Source: an uncultured Chloroflexia bacterium
GTDB lineage: Bacteria; Chloroflexota; Anaerolineae; Promineifilales; Promineifilaceae
DNA length: 64,000 bases
Assembly: GCA_963700725.1 (NCBI GenBank)
Contig: CAVOYS010000008.1
Location: 513,047-577,046, forward strand
Direction of reading: 5' to 3'
The position numbers and the translations under genes are program-made. Shown piece by piece: positions 19,524-28,185 of this stretch. Each line of letters opens with the position of its first letter. The stretch's first letter is position 1. The notes beneath the pieces were generated by a model. It did not search any database and had not been told where the DNA came from. It was given only the letters and a program-made list of their open reading frames with translations.

Positions 19524-20696
19524 ATGACCAAAATTGGTATCGAGATAACGCCGATGCTTGTCGAATTTCAGACCGGAATCGAACAGTATGTATCCGCTTT
19601 GGTTCAAGAATTGGCTGGCTACGAAAATCGATTTGATGATATCAGATTAGTGTATTACCTTCATACCGGAAATCCGTTTTCCTCAAAAAGCCAAGTACGA
19701 AAAGTTCTAAGTTTGTTGGATGATAGTGAAGCCGACTATAGGGTATATTCTAACAGGCGAGGATATGGATTCGCATTATCTTATTACACGCGAAGAGAAA
19801 AACTTGACCTGATTCATATGCCCAGGTGTGATCGACCTCGTCGTGGAGTCTGTCCCTATATTGTTACATTTCACGATATTAACCAAGTTGCCCTCGAACA
19901 TGAAGAAAGAGCCATAGAAAGATCAAATTTTACTTCTTACCACAAATCCACATTAGATGCCGCCTCTGGGATTATTTTTGTGTCAGAAAGCACCAAGAAG
20001 GATCTGATAGAGAAACATGGTTATCAGATTACTGCTCCGTACAAGATAATACATCATGGTGTGGGACGACATTTTTTCTCCAATAACCAATTGAATTCGT
20101 CCGTCATCAAGATCAAGATTCCGACCCCTTATATTCTGTTTGTTGGCTCGATACAGTTCCGGAAAAATCTGGCGCGGTTGGTAGAGGCATTTGGCATGCT
20201 AAAGGAAACGAGGCGGATTCCACATAAGCTAGTTCTCGTCGGCCGAAATAGTTGGGGTGCAGAACTGGTAATTGAAAAAATTAATGAATTGTCTTTACAG
20301 CATGATGTAATTTTCACGGGGTATGTTGCTGATAACGATTTGCCGCAAATATATGCTAGGGCTGATGTGTTTGCATATACATCTTTGCATGAGGGATTTG
20401 GCATTCCGATTCTTGAAGCCTTTGCTAGCGAAACCGTTGTTATAACGTCTCAAGTTTATTCCATGCCGGAGGTGGCAGGCGACGCAGCGATTTATGTTGA
20501 TCCTCGTGATGCTGGAAGTATAGCGACGGGTCTTTGGAGAGCTATCTCGGATCAAGAACTTCGAAAACAATTGCGGGAGAGGGGAGTACAACGGGCACGC
20601 CAATTTACCTGGCAAAAAAGCGCCCAGTGTACAATAGATTTCTATAAGGAAGTTGTAGATAATATACATCAGGATTCAGGAAATAGGCAATTCTGA
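19524..20696 (+). CDS. Glycosyltransferase family 4
   Basis: ILFVGSIQFRKN ... AYTSLHEGFGIPILEAFASETVVITSQVYSMPEVAGDAA. Confidence 0.85.
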   Translation: MTKIGIEITPMLVEFQTGIEQYVSALVQELAGYENRFDDIRLVYYLHTGNPFSSKSQVRKVLSLLDDSEADYRVYSNRRGYGFALSYYTRREKLDLIHMPRCDRPRRGVCPYIVTFHDINQVALEHEERAIERSNFTSYHKSTLDAASGIIFVSESTKKDLIEKHGYQITAPYKIIHHGVGRHFFSNNQLNSSVIKIKIPTPYILFVGSIQFRKNLARLVEAFGMLKETRRIPHKLVLVGRNSWGAELVIEKINELSLQHDVIFTGYVADNDLPQIYARADVFAYTSLHEGFGIPILEAFASETVVITSQVYSMPEVAGDAAIYVDPRDAGSIATGLWRAISDQELRKQLRERGVQRARQFTWQKSAQCTIDFYKEVVDNIHQDSGNRQF

Positions 20697-20904
20697 GTCA
20701 AAACAATCTCCCGTGACAATATTGATAATACGATCAACCACCCTATTAGAACATTTTCAAACAAGCCACTGTTCTTGAAGTGCCTATTACCTCTAACGAT
20801 TGGCTTTGCGTTAATACCACCGGAACGAGTATTCGAAAATTGTCGGCAGCCACATTTGGCGCGAAAATGAGAACCATGATATTTGGATTTTTCTAGGCTG
20901 ATTT

Positions 20905-22113
20905 GTGCACATACTTTACTTAACGCCTTGGTTTCCCTACCCGCTTGATACGGGATCTAGGACAAGGGTCTATTATCTATTGCGGGGACTAGCATATGAT
21001 CACGATGTAACACTCTTATCACTGGCGCCTCGGGGTTGGGAAGAGCCGGATATTGACTCTGTCGCGCCCTTGTGCAAACATTGCGCTGTAGTCCAACGAG
21101 ATCCGTTTGAACAATCTGTTTGGCGACGCGCAACGCGCTTTTTTGCCAGCCAACCCATCGTGACCCAACCGTTTCCCGAGATGATAGAGTTGGTAAAGAC
21201 GCTGAATAAAAAGGAATCTTTTGATGTTGTAATAGCCAGTGGCACAGTGATGGCCGACTATGCCCTGGCCCTGTCCGGCATCCCTCGGATACTCGAAGAA
21301 CATAACTCAATGAGTCGTTGGATACATGAGAGATATCTTGTACAGAGCGGGACAGTTCGACGACTCCGTTACCGCCTGAGTTGGGAGAAGAGCACCCGAT
21401 ATGAGCGCAAACTCTTCCGGAAATTTGACCTAGTCAGCATGGTGTCAGAGGAGGATGCTGCCTGCGCGCGAGAGTTGATGGTTGGAAGGGAAGACGCTGT
21501 CCAAGTGTTCCCCAATGGGGTTGATATCAATCAGTTTTGCTTAGATTTGGCAGCGGTGATCGAGCATCGTTTGATATTTAGTGGCTCTCTGGCCTATCCA
21601 GCTAATCTAGAAGCCATGAGATTTTTCCTAAATGAGGTATTTCCAAGAATACGGGAGCAACTGCCGGCAGCACATCTTGTCATTACTGGTAGTAGTGAGA
21701 ATGTCGATCTGAAGAGCTTGAAACTGGATAATCAGGTTGCGCTGACCGGTTTTGTTAGCGACATTCGAAAGGAAATCACCCGGGCCAGCGTTGCAATAGT
21801 TCCTATCCTGAGTGGTGGCGGTACAAGGATCAAGATTCTGGAGGCCATGGCACTGGGAACGCCGGTTGTGGCGACCACCAAAGGCGCTGAAGGGTTAAAT
21901 ATTGACCATGGAAGAAATATTTTGTTGGCTGAGGATCCAGATATATTCGCCAAGGAAGTTGTTCGTCTGTTGGAGGACGCTCCTTTGAGGTCGCGACTGA
22001 TAGAGAACGCTCGCCAGCTCGTTGAAGAGGAATATGACTGGAATCACATCGCTCAGACATTTAGTCAGAAAGTAGCATCGTTGGTTGAGAAAGATATGTT
22101 GGTGGCATCTTGA
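20905..22113 (+). CDS. Glycosyltransferase family 4
   Basis: GTG start giving MHILYLTPWFPYPLDTGS. C-terminal SGGGTRIKILEAMALGTPVVATTKGAEGL. Same subtype as 29714-30961. Confidence 0.85.
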   Translation: MHILYLTPWFPYPLDTGSRTRVYYLLRGLAYDHDVTLLSLAPRGWEEPDIDSVAPLCKHCAVVQRDPFEQSVWRRATRFFASQPIVTQPFPEMIELVKTLNKKESFDVVIASGTVMADYALALSGIPRILEEHNSMSRWIHERYLVQSGTVRRLRYRLSWEKSTRYERKLFRKFDLVSMVSEEDAACARELMVGREDAVQVFPNGVDINQFCLDLAAVIEHRLIFSGSLAYPANLEAMRFFLNEVFPRIREQLPAAHLVITGSSENVDLKSLKLDNQVALTGFVSDIRKEITRASVAIVPILSGGGTRIKILEAMALGTPVVATTKGAEGLNIDHGRNILLAEDPDIFAKEVVRLLEDAPLRSRLIENARQLVEEEYDWNHIAQTFSQKVASLVEKDMLVAS

Positions 22114-23522
22114 TTGAGGTTTGGTACAAGAAGACTCGGTCTGGAAGTGGTTTACAATTAATTGTCATTGTGGGCGTCTTGATAGGGGCGGTAGTTTTAG
22201 GGATGCGTGCCTCTTCATATCTGCTTGTCGCAGTGGGTGCTGCCATCGGGGGAATAATACTTTTACGCCAGCCATTCGTCGGACTGATTTTTTTGATTCT
22301 CGTGGCGCTGCTGGTACCAATTGAGATCGGTACCGGGACTGAGGTTTCGTTAAATCTTGCCGTTTTTCTCATTCCGGTTGTGTTTATCGCCTGGATTCTA
22401 TCTAAATTGACCACACCCCACTTTCGAATGGTTGGTTCGAAATCCTTTCTTCCTCTCGCGCTTTTTCTCGTTATGGGATTGCTTTCCTTGATGATTGGCA
22501 ACGTCCTTTGGGATCCACTTGTGCCCAAATCCTCAAGTTTTATCCTGGTGCAGCTAGCCCAGTGGGCAATTTTCGCCTTATCCGGCTTAATTTATTTCTT
22601 GACTGCAAACCTGGTCAACAATGAGAAAATACTCCGCTACCTGGTTCTGGGTTTCCTGGCTATTGCAGGATTGCTGGCTCTAGTTAGCGTGTTCGTTGGC
22701 GCTTTCACCCTGGTAAATTCCGTTACCACCGTGGCCCTTATTCGGACTCCGTTCTGGATTCTCTTGAGCGGCATTGCTGGAGGTCAACTGCTGTTTAACC
22801 CACGGCTCAACCGGCCCTGGAGTATGGTGGCACTATTGTCCTTACTGGCTGTTTTTGTCTACGCCTTTTTTCAGCAACAAGAGGCCGTGTCCAACTGGGT
22901 TGGCGTTCTAACCGTCGTTGCCGTATTGATCTGGTTGCGATGGCCACGGTTGCGCATTCCGGCCCTTGTCTTGACGATGTTGCTGATGTTAACCGGCGTT
23001 CTCACGCAGACTTTGTGGAATTTTGGAGGAGGCGACTCTGAATGGACTACTAGTGGAGCTTCACGAATCGCCTTGTTCACTCGTGTAATTGACGTGACAT
23101 CGGCTAACCCGCTTACCGGCCTTGGACCGGCCGCGTACCGAAGTTACGCTGCTATGGCGCCGCTGAAATATGGTAATGCATATTGGGTCGATCCTTCAAT
23201 AAATTCACACAACAATTTTATTGATATCTACAGTCAGACCGGGCTGATTGGTCTCGGGTTATTCCTCTGGTTCATGATAACTGTCGTGCTAATGGGTTGG
23301 CGCCTGTCTCGTCGTTATCAATCAGGCTTCGTCGCTGGCTATGTAAATGCGATGATCGCCGCCTGGTTTGCCATCATGGTGGTAATGTTGCTCTTGGATT
23401 GGTTTCTGCCTTTCGTCTACAATGTCGGATTTCCTGGTTTTCAGGCCAGTCTCATCATGTGGTTGTTTTTTGGTGGACTGGTTGCAGTCGATAATTTCCC
23501 TAAGCCTGAAGACGCAAAATAG
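22110..23522 (+). CDS. Second Wzy_C-domain (O-antigen polymerase/ligase family) membrane protein
   Basis: Polytopic. RIALFTRVIDVTSANPLTGLGPAAY ... NSHNNFIDIYSQTGLIGLGLFLWF matches the R..P.tG.G / HN..l....GiiG pattern of Wzy_C. The TTG start overlaps the upstream stop; the true start is uncertain. Confidence 0.7.
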   Translation: MIEVWYKKTRSGSGLQLIVIVGVLIGAVVLGMRASSYLLVAVGAAIGGIILLRQPFVGLIFLILVALLVPIEIGTGTEVSLNLAVFLIPVVFIAWILSKLTTPHFRMVGSKSFLPLALFLVMGLLSLMIGNVLWDPLVPKSSSFILVQLAQWAIFALSGLIYFLTANLVNNEKILRYLVLGFLAIAGLLALVSVFVGAFTLVNSVTTVALIRTPFWILLSGIAGGQLLFNPRLNRPWSMVALLSLLAVFVYAFFQQQEAVSNWVGVLTVVAVLIWLRWPRLRIPALVLTMLLMLTGVLTQTLWNFGGGDSEWTTSGASRIALFTRVIDVTSANPLTGLGPAAYRSYAAMAPLKYGNAYWVDPSINSHNNFIDIYSQTGLIGLGLFLWFMITVVLMGWRLSRRYQSGFVAGYVNAMIAAWFAIMVVMLLLDWFLPFVYNVGFPGFQASLIMWLFFGGLVAVDNFPKPEDAK

Positions 23523-23536
23523 ATGTTTGTTCCATT

Positions 23537-24313
23537 ATGGTATTCAGTAGAAAATTCGGATATCTATTTATCGAAGTGCCCCTAACCGGAAGCTGGACAA
23601 TTCATCTTGAGCTCTGCAAGCGATACGGGGGAGAAGCAATCTTGCACAAGCACGCTTCTTACCAGGAATTTGTTCATTCCGGTTATTTCAAAGAGATATC
23701 GTCATTGTTCGCATTTGCCACAATCCGCAATCCTCTCGATGAAGCGGTTAGTCGATACTTTAAATATAGATCTGACCATAAAGGGGTGTTTTCGAATCCG
23801 AATAGTATAGTTGCGTTTAGAGCTGACTACACTGACCTTGAAAAATTTCAATATATTCAAAAGACAGGCGCTGATTTCAGTGCGTTCTTCCTGAGATACT
23901 ACCGGTGGCCATACAGTAATATGCTCGACTATTTTCCCAAGCACCTGTCCTACCTAATGCGATTTGAACAACTTCAAACCGATTTCAATTCGGTTCTCAG
24001 CCGGCTTTGCATAGAGCCAGAAGGAGATCTGCTTAGGAGAAACAAAACTGATGACCGAGATGAAAATTGGAAACCTTATTACTCTTCCGCTGCGATCGAA
24101 AGGGCTAAGAGGGTTATGGCACCTTTCATGGCGCAATGGGGTTATCACTTTCCAAAAGAATGGGGCGAATACCACCCGGGGAAATTAGAAAATCTTGAAT
24201 ATCGGGCATTAAATCAAATACGAATGTTTTACTCCGTTAATGCCCGTTATAAGGATAACGTCCTTGCTCGCCAATTACGCCGACTTATGTTGTTGTATTC
24301 ACGGAATAAGTAA
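23537..24313 (+). CDS. Sulfotransferase-like protein (Sulfotransfer_2-like motifs, non-canonical)
   Basis: YLFIEVPLTGSWT resembles the 5'-PSB loop (f-I-H-I-P-K-T-G-G-T). FATIRNPLDEAVSRYFKY resembles the 3'-PB motif (RNP-x-D-R-x-x-S-x-Y). The PSB lysine is Leu here and the DR is DE, so activity and assignment are uncertain. Motif-level call only. Confidence 0.45.
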   Translation: MVFSRKFGYLFIEVPLTGSWTIHLELCKRYGGEAILHKHASYQEFVHSGYFKEISSLFAFATIRNPLDEAVSRYFKYRSDHKGVFSNPNSIVAFRADYTDLEKFQYIQKTGADFSAFFLRYYRWPYSNMLDYFPKHLSYLMRFEQLQTDFNSVLSRLCIEPEGDLLRRNKTDDRDENWKPYYSSAAIERAKRVMAPFMAQWGYHFPKEWGEYHPGKLENLEYRALNQIRMFYSVNARYKDNVLARQLRRLMLLYSRNK

Positions 24314-24325
24314 GTTGGTCAAAAC

Positions 24326-25225
24326 TTGCCTGACCTAACTCTTTCAATCATCAGTTCTAACAATCTGGAACAGTTGCGTTCCTGTTTAACATCTATTATT
24401 GCTGCAACTTCCGACACGATGCTCGAAATAATTGTGGTAGATAATGCCTCAGATGATAACACCTATGATTCTGTTCAAAGAGAGTTTCCCCATGTTCAAT
24501 TAATGCGTAATGTGAGCAGCCTCGGTTTTTCGACAAACAACAATCTGGTCTTGGAACAGGGGTGCGGACGGTATTTAATGTTGTTGAACGACGATACTTG
24601 GATTACCGATGGCGCGCTGGATCGCCTGGTACTATTTATGGATAGCCACGCGGAAGCGGCCGCCGTTGGGGCTTTTTTACTGAACCCAGATGGATCGCCG
24701 CAAGCATCGTATGCGCCTTTTCCGCGGCCGGTTTCTGAGGCAATCTTCCCGGTTAGCAATTGGCCTCGACCAATTACCGGGAAGAAAGTCGAGCCGTTCC
24801 AGGTGGACAGCGTCTGCGGGGCTGCTATGCTAGTTAGGCGAGAGATCGTGGCTAGTGTGGGTTTACTCGACCCGGACTTTGACCCAATTTATTCTGAAGA
24901 AGTAGACTGGTGCTATCGGATAAAAGCCAGCGGTGGGAAAATCTTCATGCACCCGGAAGCCAGGATAATCCACTATGGTAGCCAGACAATGGACAGGGTA
25001 GTCCCTCGGAAATATGCACTTTTGTTGGCCCACAAACATCTATTTTTTAAGAAGCATTACGGTGCCCGATCGGCTGCTACCTACAAGGTAATACTTCTGA
25101 TCGTTACGGGTATCAAGTTCCTTTGGTGGTCTCTTTTTGAATTCCTAAAACCCCCGAACAGTTCGAGGCAATCTCGAGCTGCTTTACATAAAGGTTTAAT
25201 CTCTCGGATTCGACAGTTTAGCTGA
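24326..25225 (+). CDS. Glycosyltransferase family 2
   Basis: LSIISSNNLEQLRSCLTSI ... IIVVDNASDDNT ... YLMLLNDDTWI ... EEVDWCYRIKASGGKIFMHPEARIIHYG. TTG start. Confidence 0.85.
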   Translation: MPDLTLSIISSNNLEQLRSCLTSIIAATSDTMLEIIVVDNASDDNTYDSVQREFPHVQLMRNVSSLGFSTNNNLVLEQGCGRYLMLLNDDTWITDGALDRLVLFMDSHAEAAAVGAFLLNPDGSPQASYAPFPRPVSEAIFPVSNWPRPITGKKVEPFQVDSVCGAAMLVRREIVASVGLLDPDFDPIYSEEVDWCYRIKASGGKIFMHPEARIIHYGSQTMDRVVPRKYALLLAHKHLFFKKHYGARSAATYKVILLIVTGIKFLWWSLFEFLKPPNSSRQSRAALHKGLISRIRQFS

Positions 25226-25237
25226 TTATCCTTTTGA

Positions 25238-26551
25238 ATGAAGACACAATTGCAGAAAGCCATTACAAACACCAGAATGATGCTTTTCGTAATATTGATG
25301 GTCTCTATTCTAATAAGGATCATAGTCGCCATCTACCTGGGCGATTCAACACCGCCGGGCAAAGACGAAACATCCTACTCGCTACTTGCTGGCCGGTTGG
25401 CTGACGGTTTTGGCTATAGTTTTGCTCAACCCTGGTACCCTTTCGCTCAAGCCGGGGAACCCACGGCGCACTGGTCATTTCTATACACAGCCTTCGTCGC
25501 CGGTATCTATAAGGTCGTAGGATTTCACCCCATGGCGGTTCGTCTTTTCAGTGCGCTATTGGGTGGACTCATGTTACCCTGGATGGTCTATCGTCTGACT
25601 CAACGGCTAGCCCCGGAACGCCCGAATTTGGCCTTGATAGCCGCCGCCTGCGCCGGAATCTACGCGTACTTTGTCCTCTTCTCGGCCATGTTGATGACCG
25701 AAACCTTTTACATAGTCGCCATTCTTATCTCCTTGGAACGTGCGCTAGCCCTGGAACAGCAGCTAAAGTCTGGCGAGCGCCCTGGATGGGCATTGCTTTT
25801 AGGCTTTGGAATAAGCCTGGGTGTGGCTGCATTATTACGACAATCCATATTGCCCTGGTTGATTATTCTATTTGCCTGGCTACTTCGGACTGGCTGGCGT
25901 AGCAAAAATCTGCAACCAACGATTCGTTCATTGTTGGTCAGTGGTTTCATTTTGATAATGTTTATTTTGCCTTTCACCATACGCAATTACCGTGTTTATG
26001 GAGTTTTTTTACTGTTGAACTCCAATGCGGGTTATGCTATGTACTCAGCCCAGCACCCACTGCATGGGACAAACTTTCAGGCTTTCACCGCAGCACCGTT
26101 GCCGGCCGATCTAGAGCCAGTTCTTGAAAATGAAGCCCAGTGGGATAAGGTTCTGATGAAACGGGGCATTGATTTTATCATTCAAGATCCCGGACGTTAC
26201 TTGCTATTATCAGTTAGCCGTGCAGCCGATTACTTTATGTTCTGGCCAAGTAACGAAACATCTTCGATCAACAATATCGGCCGGGTGCTCTCCTTTGGCC
26301 TTTTTTTGCCGGTGATGATCTATGGGCTTATCGTCTCACGACATCAGTGGCGCCGATTTGAGCTTATTTACATTTTTATACTATTTTATTCGGTGTTACA
26401 CCTGATGACCTGGTCCATGATTCGTTATCGGCTACCAGTTGATGCACTTCTGCTAATATTTGCCGCATTTGGCATCCTGGATCTCATCAAAAGGATGCCT
26501 GTCTTAAGGCAATGGGCGCCTCCGGAGCTTTCCGCCAGAAGCGGGCCATAA
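25238..26551 (+). CDS. GT-C fold glycosyltransferase (PMT_2 / ArnT / GT39-83-like) membrane protein
   Basis: Polytopic, with the first-loop acidic motif GDSTPPGKDETSYSLLAGRLADGFGY typical of ArnT/PMT-type lipid-linked-sugar transferases. Confidence 0.7.
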   Translation: MKTQLQKAITNTRMMLFVILMVSILIRIIVAIYLGDSTPPGKDETSYSLLAGRLADGFGYSFAQPWYPFAQAGEPTAHWSFLYTAFVAGIYKVVGFHPMAVRLFSALLGGLMLPWMVYRLTQRLAPERPNLALIAAACAGIYAYFVLFSAMLMTETFYIVAILISLERALALEQQLKSGERPGWALLLGFGISLGVAALLRQSILPWLIILFAWLLRTGWRSKNLQPTIRSLLVSGFILIMFILPFTIRNYRVYGVFLLLNSNAGYAMYSAQHPLHGTNFQAFTAAPLPADLEPVLENEAQWDKVLMKRGIDFIIQDPGRYLLLSVSRAADYFMFWPSNETSSINNIGRVLSFGLFLPVMIYGLIVSRHQWRRFELIYIFILFYSVLHLMTWSMIRYRLPVDALLLIFAAFGILDLIKRMPVLRQWAPPELSARSGP

Positions 26552-27045
26552 TCGATTTTTTTAGTGGTAATTATATCGGGGATCTTTGAGGTGTTGTCTG
26601 TTCGTTCTTTCTGGTGAATATGTTGGGTCAGCATACGGCCACCAATTTTCAAAATACTCTTGCCGGGTATGCCTCTTCCAGATTTCGGTATTCACTGGTC
26701 AAGCTCTTGTTCAAATAGGTTTTCATTTTTAACAGTATGATCACAAACAGCGACCCGGACTTCTTCGGCATGAACCTTGGCCCGAGGGAATAAGAAGCTC
26801 TCTGACTACGATTCGTGCCTTGTATCTAGCCCACGAAACCACTGGAGCGCGTAAATAAGGAATTGCTTGCTCCCGAGCCACTGACTGGCCAACGCGTAAG
26901 CCGTACCAATGCCGGTGACGCCGCTTTCATTATTTTTTCAGTTGACGAGGATACACACGATTCCATATACCCAGATGATAAGATATCGACCTTATTTCGC
27001 GATTGCACTGTCAGGCAACTTGATTATTGTTTGGAATTTTAACCA

Positions 27046-28162
27046 ATGCGCCTAGTTTATTGCCTACTGTCACCAACCTTTGGTATGCACCAATACACCT
27101 CCGATCTGGCGAATCGAATGGTCGAACGGCATGAGGTCCACCTAGTGACAGTACCCAGTTATCCGGCCGATCGATATGCGCCGGCTGTACAAATTCATAC
27201 ACCGGCCAAAGTGACCAATACTGGTCTGTCGGTGGAGAGCCTGAGGTTCAGGAGTCTCAGTCGTTTAAAGGCTGAAATCCAACGTATTCAACCGGAGATG
27301 GTGCACTTTACTGGACCCCATTTATGGAATCCATACCTATTATATTGGCTAAAACGGCGAGGAATTCAAACAATCCATACGGTGCATGACTTACATCCTC
27401 ATTCGGGAACGCCTCTAAAACCATTGCTTAGATTTTGGAACCGGGTTGTTGTACGTTGGTCTGGCCGAACCCTCGTCCATGGTCGATGTTACCAGCAGGA
27501 GTTGCTTGAATCTGGTTTGCCGACATTTCGTGTAGTCTACTTTCCTTTATTGCACTTATTCTTAAGTTTTCGACGGACCCAGGCTCTAATAGAGAATCTG
27601 GAACCAGTGAGTTATGATCCTTTGATCCTGTTCTTTGGCCGTCTAGAACGATACAAAGGTATAGGAACCCTAATTGAGGCATATCGGCGCTGCCAAGCGG
27701 GATGAATCGTTGTCTGCCATCACCTCTCAAAAGTTGCTCATCGCCGGACCCGGTGAAATTCTTGACGAGTGGCGCGCCTACCATTCCGAGGGAATCGAGT
27801 GGCGAAATAGATTGATAGGTGACGTTGAAGCTGAAGCACTCTTCAGGAGCTGTAGTATCTTGGTATTGCCATACGACGATGCCACCCAATCCGCGTTAAT
27901 TGGCGCGGCCTATTTTTTCCATAAACCGGTCATAGTTACCAGGAGCGGTGGACTACCAGAATACGTGATCGAGGGACAGACGGGGGACGTGGTTCCTGCA
28001 CTAGATGTCGATGCATTGGCAAACATGCTACAATCACGGCTAGCGACTAAAGTTGAGCTTAAAGCCATGGGGGATTCGGGCAGAGAGTGGTATGACGCTC
28101 AGAGGAGATCGGAAACGCACGCGCTGTACAATATGTATGAAACAGACCAGGCAATCGCCTGA
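27046..28162 (+). pseudogene. GT4 glycosyltransferase split into two ORFs (27046-27705 and 27674-28162) by a +1 frameshift
   Basis: The N-terminal ORF ends ...LILFFGRLERYKGIGTLIEAYRRCQAG*. The second frame continues ...DESLSAITSQKLLIAGPGEILDEW ... VLPYDDATQSALIGAAYFFHKPVIVTRSGGLPEYVIEGQTGDV. Together they make one ordinary GT4. Removing one G from GGG at 27699-27701 restores a single frame. Confidence 0.7.
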
Positions 28163-28185
28163 TCTGCTAATGTATTCAGGGAGAA

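Noticed and set aside
22434-22445. GGTTCGAAATCC, resembling a tRNA T-arm
   Set aside because: It lies inside the Wzy_C coding frame. It has one extra A relative to the T-loop consensus. There is no flanking acceptor, D-arm or anticodon-arm complementarity.
22061-22528. 155-aa antisense ORF across the GT4/Wzy_C junction
   Set aside because: It is antisense to two well-supported genes. Its composition (Pro/Thr/Arg/Ile-rich) is typical of an antisense artefact.
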